Positions 23,464 to 35,235 of a stretch of 64,000 nt of DNA are shown one piece after another. This DNA is from Paraphysomonas bandaiensis (Eukaryota; Protista; Chrysophyceae), in NCBI GenBank assembly GCA_965644295.1, contig CBFFRP010000146.1, forward strand, positions 62,001 to 126,000, written 5' to 3'. Below the pieces are notes generated by a model. It was not told the DNA's origin. It saw only the letters and a list, made by a program, of their open reading frames with translations, and did no database searches. Within the stretch, counting starts at the first letter, position 1, and each line of letters begins with the position of its first letter. Position numbers and translations under genes: made by a program.

Positions 23464-23995
23464 TTTGCACCCTACAGTTGAGAATCTTCTCTTATATGAC
23501 TATCATAATATTGATTGCAATATATTGCAATAGTATTGTGAGCTCATTTAGCAGAAACACTATTGATGGAATATTTGTTCAGTCCACCAATCAATATACT
23601 GTACAATGTATTGCAATACAATATATTGTTCCCTATCCCTGCTACTAAGTAGCTGAATTGATATTATTGATAATGACCTATTCTACGTTAGTATGCGATC
23701 AATGTGCCATACTGATACCGCATTATAGCTGGGATATGTGCTTATTCTAGCTGCAGACTGCAAACACATGATTGTAATCTCTAAAGTGTTTAATATTCTA
23801 GGCCTACTGTGTTTTGTGCAGTAATATTTTGTAATCTGTAAACCATTCGAGGAGAGATGGCAAGTACATAATCTCTCAACTACTCTTCATAATCTATACA
23901 TCTTTTATATTAGATGCTGACAATATACTGACATTAGCGTAAAACATTGTATCAAACATTATTTTATACGAATTCATAATCGGCTACAGCCACTA

Positions 23996-24705
23996 TTAAG
24001 ATGTTGGGTCAGTTGAGCGAATTTCATCTCCTCTGTCCCAGCAATCTTCACGTCCTATTCTCCACCGAAGATCTAGCTCTTCCATGTTGCAAGGAAATAA
24101 TGGTAGCCCTAATTTCTCGTTGACTTCGTTATGCAATTGACAGGACCACATTGAGAGTGCCACCCTTGAAGAGACACTGACAGACATAATAAAACAATAT
24201 GACAATATTTCTACAATGCTGCTTACTCAGGAGGAGTTCTATCTAACGATTCGCGGAAGTCAGCAGCACAATGCGGGCAGGGATACACATCAGCCAATGA
24301 CTCGAAAAATCGGGAAGTGCTCAGTTGGACATCTTCGCTGGGATTATCAGGATAATTAGCGGCTATTGTATGTATTAAATTCCAAGTGCTAACACCAAGT
24401 TCTCCTCGCGTCACAGGACAGCCTGGTCAAGCTTTAGGACACTATATTGCGCAACATCAAAATCAACCTTCTGTATAAGGATTCTCTGTTCGCTCTCGTT
24501 TGGATGATTTCTTCTTTTTATTCTTTTTCGCAATCGCAAACATTTCCATTACAGAATTACATGCTGGAATTTCACAGTCAGAATCTTTAGCTATACTTCC
24601 TTTCGGTTGACACCACTGCATGTGATGGGGCTGTATGGTTGCATACGCACCAATAGAACCTGTGATTGCCATCGAAACACCTCTTCTTAACCCTATAAAG
24701 CGCAT
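23996..24705 (-). CDS. ERV1: Erv1/ALR FAD-linked sulfhydryl oxidase (3 exons)
   Basis: N-terminal CxxxC (CEIPAC), CPVTRGELGVSTWNLIHTIAANYP, redox YPCPHC, WSCQLHNEVNEKLG...FPC...RW. Confidence 0.9.
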
Positions 24706-25600
24706 TGTTTCACAATGAGTGCTGTTAAAACTTATATAATTGTAGATTGAAAAGTATTCGTGGAAGCTTCATTTGATCTTCCATTGCTTGCTTGTGCAGC
24801 AGTACATTCCCTGTACTGTATACTATGCATACACTACACTATGCCACACTACCTACTGTACATACGTAGTATACCTATACCTATACTATGCTATACGGCT
24901 GTCCACGTACTACAAAAAATCAGCACCACATATCTCAGATGTTCTTTAGAAAATTCCAGGTATTTATATTTTCTTCTCTCAATTGTTCGTCGTCATGCTT
25001 GACATTGATATGATAAAGTATAAACCGCCTATTTATATATCACAGTAACTTAAAAACGGGGATTTTAGACAACTCTTGGAATGATAGGATTCCCCAAATT
25101 CCAAATACGCTGTACTCTGCTGTATATAGAGTAGTACCAGGGGAGTATGTACCGTTGTGGTGAGTGGGATACGATCAAAAAAAAAGAAACGAGCGAAACG
25201 CATCAAGTTAAGTGCATAGATACAACCATGTACACATACATATAGACATAGACGTAGACATACGCTGTACATACATAGAGAGTGAGGTCTGTTTTTTCAT
25301 ACTGTAAAACAGGACTATATCGACATGTATGTATAGTTACTTTAACACTAATTATTAAGCACTAATATCGTTGTTCATCGCAATCTATGCGATGAGTGCG
25401 ATGTGGGATGATGTGATATGGTAAATAATGTACGAATCAAGACTATAAATTCATATATTCATTCATAGTCTGAGTTCCTCTGTGTCTCTGTGTTACTCCT
25501 ATTGGTTGAACTCTAGTTATATCAATAGTATTGCAATCATATCATTGTTTTGTGTGTAAATACGAATAATTTTGTTTTATATTAACATATACGGAATAAA

Positions 25601-28600
25601 ATGATCGCAAAGGCGGCCACTGTGTCTAAAAAGACCACTAAAAAGAATCAGTCAAATGATAAAGCGGCTGCAGATGCGATCGCACAGCAGAAGGAGCGTG
25701 ATATGATGATAGATGAAAAGGATACATACAGAAGTTTCTGGGATGGAGTTAAGGCGGCATCTATTATTCAAAAAGAAAAACTTGTAAAAAATACAAGGAA
25801 GACGAAGTTCAAAAGAGACTTAGGCCCTGCAACTGTCAGCACTGATAAGATATATGCGGAACATTCCAAAGAGGTATATTGTTTATACTTTTTTCATGCA
25901 TGGTGCACTTATCCTTATTTTTATATGCAGCTACTTGAACAAAAGAATCTATTTGATCCAGAAGGTGTCTTTAAAATGCTGTGGGATTGTTTTGTGGGAT
26001 TGTTAATATTGTATTCTATTATCATCATTCCGTTCCGAATCGGGTTTCAAGTATCTCCAAGCAGAGGCGAGTCTATGTTTGATCTAATTGTGGACAGTCT
26101 TTTCGGATTGGATATAATTTTTAATTTCAACACGTCATATGTAGACCCGACCACTGAATTAGTGGTAACTAGTCGTAGGAAAATTGCAGCAAATTATTTG
26201 AAGGCATGGTTCTGGATAGATCTTTTTTCCACAGTACCGTTCGACTCCATCGTTCACAAGTACACTGGGGGAGGGAGCCAACTTGAATCATTACGGCTCA
26301 TTAAAATACTCCGTCTTACCAGAATTGCGTGTATTGAAACTCAGCAAGTTTGGCAAGGTTTTGGACTCATACAACATCAACCCTGCATTGGTTGGAGTTC
26401 AGAAACTAGTTCTAGAGATCTGCTTCGTAGCGCATATTGTATCGTGTTTCTGGCACTTTTTGACTACGGATGATGTTAGGGATGATGTGTCCCCTGATTA
26501 TAGCAATGACCGTCCGAACCCGGACGGAAATACTTGGACAACACGATTCGGGTACGAGACCTCCAGTTTAGGGACACGGTATATTGCATCTTTCTACTGG
26601 ACTATTAGCACTATGCTATCGATAGGATACGGAGATATCAGTGGGGTAAACTCTTCCGAACGCATTTATTGCATATGCACGGAGCTCGTTGGGGCGGTCT
26701 TATTTGGTGCAGTCATCGCTCAGGTGACACGACTTATTGAGAGCCGTAATCCCCAGGCGAGGGCTTTTAAGGAGAAGATGGACGAGCTCAAAGCATATCT
26801 AAACGAGAAACTACTTCCTACGAAGCTCAAGGTAGCTGCCAGGGACGCTTATGGGTACTTTCTTGGTCGCAAATCTTCGTTTGGCGAAACAGGGATATTC
26901 ACAGATCTACCACCGAATCTTCTCAATAAGCTCGTGTTGTCGATATACTCAACAGAGGTTCACCGTATTCATCTATTCAAAGATTGTGATGAAAATTTCA
27001 TTGTGAAGCTTGTTATTCATAGTAAGCCGTTCCAGGCAATGCCTGGTACCCTTATTGTAGAAAAAGGCGATGTGCCAGACGAAATAATGTTCGTAATGAG
27101 AGGGTTAGTTCAATTCACTACTGTTGGATACACAGAATTGGATGGAGTGGTGGACGCAGTGACAGGCTACAGCACAGAAGGGGGTTATTTCGGCGATTTT
27201 GAGTACTATAGACGCACTATTCGAATGGTTTCGCATCGTGCGATGTGTAACTGTAGCGTGATCGCTATTCCTACGGGTGTGTTGGACGAGGCAATAGGCA
27301 CATATCCCTCTACTGGAGACAGGGTGACCACGGAGTTGCAGCAGAGGTATGAGAATTTTGTTGAAGCTAGCCAGAGTAAAGCACACAAACGAGAGGGTCA
27401 TCGTATATATGTAAAGGAGACTCTTGTAGTTGATGGCAGGCTTCAAGCGATGCAGAATGAGGGCGACACGAGTAAGATATACGGCAAGAGAGTAAACTCC
27501 ACTAACCAAGTGCTCGAAGTATATCGAACTGTACGTGAGGTAAAGAAAGGGCAAAAGCTTGTCGAGGAACACGCTGAGGAGCACTATGAAGATCTTATTG
27601 CGCGATATATTATATTGCCTAAGAGTGATAACAAAATAAAGTGGGACATGTTCATCGGAGCTCTTATTCTTTTTAGTGTATTAGTCATCCCAGTCCAGAT
27701 AGGCTTCGCTCGTAAATCCAAGGGTGCTTTGAAAATATTTGATATTGTTGTGGATGTGTTCTTCGGGATCGATATGCTTGTTAGTATGAGGACCTGCTAT
27801 TTTGACGATAATGAAGATGCTTATATTGTGGTTCCAAAGAAAATGTATCGCCACTACTTTGTCACTTGGTTTTGGATAGATTTTTTCTCGGTGATGCCTT
27901 TCGAGAGAATCGTGTCAAGATTTGCCGCTGGCAATACTGATATATTTAGCTCATTTAAACTTCTGAAGGTGGTTCGTTTAATGAGACTGCTGAAGTTGGC
28001 TCGTTTGGCTAAACTTAGGAAATATATTGCCCGCTTAGAAGACCAGCTGGGAATTAATCCGGCAACTTTCGAGTTAGTGAAAATGCTCCTGGAAGTATTA
28101 TTCATCGGACACCTTATATCTTGCTTGTACTGGTACCTGAGTACCACACTGTCACCTTATGCCTGGTATGATAAACTGAATCTGAGGAATGCCTCCCTGC
28201 AGGAACAATATGTGACCACTGTATACTGGACCTTCACAACCCTCGCGACAGTGGGCTATGGCGATATCGTTCCAGTTGATTCTGAGGGAAGAATTGTGAC
28301 GATTATTGTGATGATACTCGGTGCCACAGTGTTTGGTTACATTGTGGCAAATGTTTCGAGTCTTATGGGGAGCCTTGATGTTACCTCGACGCGAATGAAC
28401 GAGAGAATAGCAGAGGTGTCCGAATATCTTATCGAGAAGAATGCATCTGCGCCTCTGGCGGAGAGTATCGTCAAGCACGTTAAATATATGTTCACACAGA
28501 CTTCTGCTTTTGACGAAAGGGCTATTTTATCCCGTTTACCATTGCACCTATCCAGAAAAATGATATTTTTTCAGCATGCTGATACGTTGAGCAAGATTGC

Positions 28601-30128
28601 GATTTTTAAATATATTCAGAGCAAAGGAGTCATATTGTATCTTTTCAGACGAATGACCCCAGTCTTTTACGATGCGCTCCATTATATCGCAGTAGAGGGT
28701 TCACGTGCGCATGAAGTTGTGTTCCTGGTATCTGGAAGGGCTAATGTTTATAAGTCACGCGTCAATAAGGAAGTATTAGTTAGACGACGCCCCTCGAGGA
28801 AAACCATGCGCGCCCTTGAACGTTCCATGAGCGTTGACCCAAGTAACAAAGTAGTTCCCATAGAAATGTGTGACCTGATATATCAGTTGACGGCGGGAGA
28901 TTTTTTTGGTCATGTGGCGATAATGGAGAAAAGACCGTTTAAGGCCTCTGTTCGAACATTCATGCCATGTAGTGTATATTTGTTGAGTGAGCTGGAGATA
29001 ACAAGGCTGCTTCGACATTTCCCAGCTGTGGCAGTAAACCTTCAGGGTGCTCTAGCGATGGCAATCAATGCAACACACTCATTCGGAAGGAGACATTTGC
29101 GTGATAAGAGAGCGGAATTTATATCTAAGATGGGCACGGCTTATGTACAGGCGAGGGCAAGGATGATGGCACAAAAGTCGAAATCGTCCGCTGACCTTCT
29201 TGGAAATTTCGTGAGCCGAATAAACTCGAAGGATATTTTTGACACTGGAGAAACTAAGTCTGGTGAAACGCGACAGAGGCGGCGTGGAAGTTTATCTAGT
29301 CTTCTTGGAGGTACTGGTGATTCCAAGATACGATATGGGCAACTCCTGTCGTTCGAGTCCACTGTTAGTAAAGATGATACTGATACCTCGAACCCTGCGG
29401 CAACCACATCGGCTGCGATATCTCGGGGTCCTTCTCAAATAGTTCCGCTTGAGACTGTTGTCAGCGAAAGTCGTATGAATAGCGATGGAGATTGCGATAG
29501 CCAACCGCCACCAGCGTCACGGAAGCCTTCAACACACCCTCCCCCGTCGCGGAGTGCCTCTGTAGCATCACATATTGCCAAATCAGATTCCCGATGGAAT
29601 ATTGTTCGCGCAGTCGTGCACGACCCCGCGTCAATGGCTATTATTCAATCCAATGTTAGCAGTAGCAAATCAATGGATGAGGACGAAGTTAAATCTGGGC
29701 TACCAAAAATGAAGAGTAATGTAAAACTGAAGCCGATAAGGAAGCAGTTGTCATCGATGGGTAGTGTTGGCATGACGAGGAACTTTAGCAGACTCTCTAG
29801 TACAGGGGATAGGAAACCTGGCGAGGTGGAAACAAATATGTCGATTGCTGCAGTTGTAAAGAAGCAGATGGTGCACAAGCGCAGGGCCAAAGTTATGTTC
29901 TTGACTGATGGGAATGAGTGGTATGATTCAGATGAAGACAAGAAGGTTTACGATGAGTTTTATCTAATCAAATCTCGTGCCCTATTTAAACGACATAGGT
30001 CGTGTCCGAATTTTACAGACAATAAATTTCGCAAGAAAATAGCGAAAAAAAGGACCCGACGAATGTCATACCCAGCCCTAAACTTAGAGGCATGGAAAGA
30101 AGACAAGAAGTCACAGTGTTTGTTGTAA
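25601..30128 (+). CDS. Two-repeat voltage-gated/CNBD (KCNH/CNGK-like) K+ channel with one frameshift near 26324
   Basis: Two 6TM modules (YLKAWFWIDL / YFVTWFWIDF), two S4 segments, pores TMLSIGYGD and TLATVGYGD, two C-linker+CNBD regions (GGYFGD, GDFFGH). In-frame intron 25874-25930. The frame switches at 26321-26325. Confidence 0.88.
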
Positions 30129-30281
30129 GTATCATTCAAAAAAATGACGGGGTGTTGTAGTACACAATATTAAGAATCTATTTATTTTAATTAGTATTGT
30201 GTGTGTATGTCAATCTTTAGGTGTAATAATATAATTATCAGCTATTACTTCATTTATGAACAATTAAAAGCTATATATATA

Positions 30282-30372
30282 TGCGGCTCACGTTTGTTTC
30301 CCGGAGAAATAATGTCTCCGGTACTTATCTCCCAGAATACCACGAAAAGGTACGAGTCCAACTTTGTTGAGG
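30282..30372 (+). repeat. Dispersed repeat fragment, inverted copy at 60067-60155
   Basis: tgcggctcacg...ccggtacttatc...ctttgttgaggg matches the reverse complement of 60067-60155. Confidence 0.8.
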
Positions 30373-30519
30373 GATGAAGTTTAAACAGTAATCAATTAGA
30401 AAATTATAACGATCGTCATTCATTCATTCATATTTGCCAAAATTATATTCTCTCAACTTAACACCTATCATCACTCATTGAATTCACTACAATATTTTCT
30501 CTACTCCACTCAACATACA

Positions 30520-31160
30520 CATGCATGCGTTTGCTGCAAATTAACGACAAATCTTGAGCATATATAAATTTCACCTAATCTTATATAGTTCATTACAGTA
30601 CACCATCTAGTTCTCATTATTGCTTGCGCATGTAACAGAAAAGCAATAACTGTACCCCAATGAATGAACTGATTATTACTCAACAGCCCAATAGTACTCC
30701 AGCTACACACTCTACTACTCTAGTCTCTATAACCACTACTTATTACCTGACACTAGCCGGGAGTCTCTGGAGCTTAAAGCCATTTCTGATGCATTATTTC
30801 TCTTTTTACCACGACTGAGAGCATTGCTCAGTAAGTCGAGCATTTCCACTACCTCACCTGCATGGTCTTCTTTTTCCATTTCAAACACGGTTTCATGCTG
30901 TAAATCAGCACATGAATCAACGACGTACTCGGACTGAACTTTCTCTGCGCATTTTAAATGCTTTACTCCCCTCCAATACTAATAGGCATACTGCTTGGTT
31001 GCGTCGTCTTCAATAACCTCGAGACATACACTCTCCGCTTTTCTACAGGTCACGGGAACCCACTTGTCACGCTCATTTTGACGATAATGAGGCATAAACC
31101 TTTACAATAGCTCTCCCGCATAGTAATGAAGCTTGCTATACGAACTCACAGTTAATAATG
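30520..31160 (-). pseudogene. Degenerate ORF fragment (probably TE-related), longer copy of the segment inside the hAT element
   Basis: RFMPHYRQNERDKWVPVTCRKAESVCLEVIEDDATKQYAY*YWRGVKHLKCAEKVQSEY...LDLLSNALSRGKK, with internal stops. Confidence 0.5.
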
Positions 31161-31202
31161 GCACGATTCACAGTGTGTTCGCTCTCTCAAAATCCGTCCG
31201 AC

Positions 31203-31364
31203 TCTGTGGGAATAAGTCGATCCAGCAGAATAGTCGATCCAGCAAAAAAATCGACCTTTTTTCGTTATTTCTCTGAAATATATTCGTCAAAAAACAACAT
31301 GCATCAAAAAAGCCTGGATTTTTTTGCTGGATCGACATATTCTGCTTGATCTTATTCCCACAGA
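31203..31364. mobile_element. MITE-like palindromic element (about 162 bp)
   Basis: Long inverted ends tctgtgggaataag...cagaata.gtcgatccagcaaaaaaa and tttttttgctggatcgacatattctg...cttattcccacaga. No clear TSD. Confidence 0.7.
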
Positions 31365-31859
31365 CAGAATTGTTGCCTTATTGGAATTCCAAGAAATCAC
31401 TATCTAAGTGCGTGGCATTCGCTACTTCAAAATTGAAGTTGCGGTTTCTGCAACATGACATCAAGATTTCAGCTGGATGATGGTATCTTGCTCCCTCAAA
31501 CCATCCCTAATCTGCTTCTTGGAGTTCCAAAACGCTGTTCATATACCAGTGCCTGCCAATACTTCAATGTTCTGTTCGACGTCACACTTTAGTCAGCCGC
31601 ATAGCATTTGCGATTACTATACAATCACAACTTCACTGCAATCAAGTCAGGGTTATCATCACGACTAAGATTCGTATCCTCACAGTGAGTGTTGTCTGGA
31701 GTGACACTTCTTTATTGGCATGCTCCATTTCTGATTGGCTTCTGCGGAATATTTTTTTAGACAAGACGATGAAAAACGACGCTTTTGTTCTTGTTAGCGC
31801 GAAGGGGATCCCAGTAGACCTCATAGAACTCCCATCCATACACTCGTATCCAGAATAAA

Positions 31860-31921
31860 CTCCAGAGCGCAAGTAAAACTCCCTTGCCTGACAATCCTGG
31901 AGTTTTACTTGCGCTCTGGAG
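31860..31921. repeat. Perfect 23-bp stem, 16-nt loop hairpin
   Basis: ctccagagcgcaagtaaaactcc (31860-31882) and ggagttttacttgcgctctggag (31899-31921). Confidence 0.9.
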
Positions 31922-32320
31922 CTTGAGGAAGATTTTACTCCCTTGCCTTTTACAATCCTGCAGAGTGTTCGATCCTGCAGAGTGTTCGATCATGGAAGAC
32001 CGCAGTCCTGATCCCTTCTATCAGACATTGCATGCTCTTACTTGTCCAGATACACTGGATGAAATGATTCAAATCGTTACTAATATTCGCCGCAAGAGAA
32101 TGGATACTTTAAACGAGCAGCAGCATGTGGCAGCTCGAACAGCCGAACTGGAGACATCACGGTATCATGACCAGCTCACTGAAACCAATTCATTTCCGTC
32201 GGCTGACTTAACACTTCTTCCTGCATCGTTTGTTTCTACTTAGTATATTTTTGCTATCTGTTCCTTAGTCTTAGTTTGTTTCATTTTTACCATTAACTAA
32301 CATTCGATACAACGTAACAC

Positions 32321-32507
32321 TTACATAACCTTTCGACACTTAGTAACACTTACTTCTATTCACACTTAGTAACAACTTAGTAACACTATATTATTCAATA
32401 TTATAATCATATTTACATAACCTTTCGACACTTCTTAGTAACACTTACTTCTATTCACACTTAGTAACAACTTAGTAACACTATATTATTCAATATTATA
32501 ATCATAT
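32321..32507. repeat. Tandem duplication of an about 92-bp AT-rich unit
   Basis: ttacataacctttcgacact...ttagtaacactatattattcaatattataatcatat occurs twice, with an internal cttagtaaca sub-repeat. Confidence 0.85.
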
Positions 32508-32698
32508 TATAGGTGGACAAGAACTAAAACAGTCAAACTATTTCAGTTTCACTCCTCTCATTCCTATGTATAATACTGTTAAGCACAAATGTATTCTTCA
32601 ATTCATAATTCAAATGCTTTAGAAATTACGAACAACGGGAAAACTCAACATTATGAAGAATAGAATTACATGATAATGAACTAATGATATTATGATCG

Positions 32699-33172
32699 GA
32701 ATAAGTGCCACTTGTGTAGGCATCCGGGAATGAGCCCACCTCAAGGACATCCGGGACAGGACCCACCTGAAGGGTAACCGGGGTATTGGGCTGCCTGATG
32801 AAGTCAAGCACCGGGATGTTCACCTTAAGAACTCAGAGCGGAAGTGGTCGCACAAGCAGCTTCCGTAGCGTTAAATAGTAGGATAAAAAAAGTGTGTACT
32901 GATTAGTTTTCAGGTAGAGGTCTAACTAGTTTGTCTAGCATTCGTCTAGCTACTAAGTTGGTGCAGGTTTTTAAGACTTTCAATATACCAACAGTCTGTA
33001 TGCTCACTGCGTTTGCTGTGAGTGATAAAACGAAAGTAGTGCTTGCTGTGACGCACAAGCAGCATTCGTAGTGCTAAATAGTGGGATAACAGAGTTAAGT
33101 ACTATTTAGTTAAGTTGCAATGCTATATTAGTCCTGACTCTTTGAATGCCTATTGCCACTAATACGACATTC
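32699..33172 (+). repeat. Dispersed repeat family C (other copies at about 59578-59735 and 60220-60549)
   Basis: Shared catccgggaatg.gcccacctcaagg.catccgggacagg.cccacctgaagggtaacc...gaactcagagcggaagtggtcgca...cgtagcgttaaatagtaggat and agagttaag...ttagttaagttgcaatgcta blocks. Confidence 0.85.
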
Positions 33173-33871
33173 GACAACATAGTCTATTTGGAGTAAATAT
33201 CACGTCAATAACAAAAATTCAACCTGGACATTTTTAGTAATATGACCTTAGTCATAAATTGTACTCGTGTATAGCTGTACGCATTACAGAACAATGGGGA
33301 TACACAGCAGGCAAAGTAAATCAATGCAGCATAGATCAGGTCAGAGGAAAACAGAAAAATAGAGAGAGATATGAGGACCCTTTCCCACATGTACAAATAT
33401 GACAACCTCTCACATCCAAATAATATACTGAAAGCAGTTGGTTTACAATCCGAAGCTCATATTTAAAGGATTCCTAGTTCGTTTGATACTTCCGAGCTGA
33501 AACATTCTAACTGCTCCACACTACGCAAAATATCAGTGGGTAAGAGTATCTTAACAGTCACTCCAACTTTAATTAATATATATTTTTGGCTTATTGCTCG
33601 ATGATTACCTTCCTTCAATATCGTGAGGAAGAAAAGTTGAACAATGATGTTGTTCCAAGTTTCCTGGAAAATGATGAGGCAGAGTTTATGAATGTAAGAA
33701 TACTCCAGTTTTACTCCGCCAAAGAAAAAAATCATGAAATTATGTCAGAAGCGTGTTTTATTAAGAATTAAGACATTCGACCGCTATATATATAACACTA
33801 TAGACAACATGCGAGTGATGTCCATATAAGATGATGTTATTATCACTACAACTGGATATCAGTTACATCTA

Positions 33872-34072
33872 CTAATCTTCTTGTGTTTTCATAGCCCGAG
33901 ATATATAGATAGCCTCTTCAATGTCTTCAAGTTTGTATGGTTTGAGTCCATAACTTAACATAAAGTTTGAGCAGGAACCCCATCCGTCTTTTATTTCCTT
34001 CCAGGTGAGTAAGGTGGGATCATTTTTGTTGAGAAGATGAGAGGCAGCTAATGCTTCAGTTGCGCCGTCCAT
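33872..34072 (-). CDS. Small 66-aa protein of unknown function
   Basis: Intronless ATG-to-stop ORF with motif IKDGWGSCSNFMLSYGLKP..EDIEEA..I.RAM, which I recall from small uncharacterised eukaryotic proteins (not verified). Confidence 0.6.
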   Translation of the reverse strand: MDGATEALAASHLLNKNDPTLLTWKEIKDGWGSCSNFMLSYGLKPYKLEDIEEAIYISRAMKTQED

Positions 34073-35235
34073 GATTCAGAGGTGTGGTATGGTAAGTTTG
34101 AGGATTTATGTGAAGGTGAGTGTATGAGCATTCCAGACGACAGCATCGTACCTACCTACCTACATACATAAATACCAACTCCTCACTTGCAGTTGCTCCT
34201 GTACAGAGTTGTAAGCAAAATATCTGGGTTTTTAAATCAAAACCTGGTTTTTTAATGGTAACAATCCTGAGAAATGATATACCGGTAGGAATTCCTATAC
34301 GTAGAATACATTCACAGCAGTCCGTGTAGCTTCGTGCTGGGAGCGATCTGATATGAGGATATGAAGCGTAGTCATGATAAAACGAAGTCCTCATTCATGC
34401 CGTCTTCAAAGGCTCTTAAAGCTTGGTTAGGATGTCAGTCCGGTGTCCAGGACGGAGATACCTCCGGTGAACGGTGAACCGTAACACCGCATATATATAC
34501 ATGTATACATACTCCACATGCATACATATACATACATATACATACATACCTAAATATAAGTTCACGCACCATATCCATACATACATATATACATATATAC
34601 ATATATATATATAGTCAGTGGGTGCTTAGGGAATAACAATTGTAGTCGTATATGAGGCATGTTGTCATTGACAATACGCTTAGCCTCTGCCAGTGGAGTC
34701 GATTGGATGATGTGTGTACAGTATGAGGCAACGTCCTGATAAGCACGACATGACCAACCCCTAAAGAGAACTGGATGTCACTGCTCCTATCCACCCATAC
34801 AGCATCCGATGTGGCACTGTAACTGAAGAATTGTGTCGAAGTACTGACTATGAAGACAGCAGTCCACTTGCATAAACCAAAGAATGGAAGATAACTGGAG
34901 TGTATGGTGATCTGATTTTGAAAGTTGACTCATCATTGCGCTTTCTCTATAATTGTTTATTATGATGAAGTCACATACAAATCACTGCAAATATTATAAT
35001 TAAGTTTCTGTTCGAGGCGAATATTGAAGTTGAATGCCTATATTTGCCCGGTTCTAATATGAGCGTCCTGTTGAACAAATTCAGCTGTTCCTTGTAAATA
35101 ACATAGACTGTTACATCATATATGTCATCATCGTACTTAATGAGAAATGTGGAGTTAAAATGTTGTGAAATGTTAGTATCTAGAGTTTACTTTGAATATC
35201 GCATAGCTATAAGCTATAAAGGATTCATATGATTT

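Larger units (their letters stand above)
17969..23641. mobile_element. Non-autonomous hAT-superfamily DNA transposon (5673 bp) carrying cargo
   Basis: TIRs CAGGGATAGGGAACAGTATATTG (17969-17991) and CAATATATTGTTCCCTATCCCTG (23619-23641), 22/23 match. Perfect 8-bp TSD CTACTAAG at 17961-17968 and 23642-23649. Subterminal TATTGCAATA palindromes at both ends and a hAT dimerisation-domain remnant inside. Confidence 0.92.

Noticed and set aside
26313-26322. 10-nt GT...AG micro-intron that would repair the channel frame
   Set aside because: Far below the roughly 45-60 nt introns seen elsewhere and it would delete S4 arginines. A 2-nt deletion fits the repeat-2 alignment better.
34490-34615. (TA)n/(CATA)n tract
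   Set aside because: Simple microsatellite, common throughout this window.
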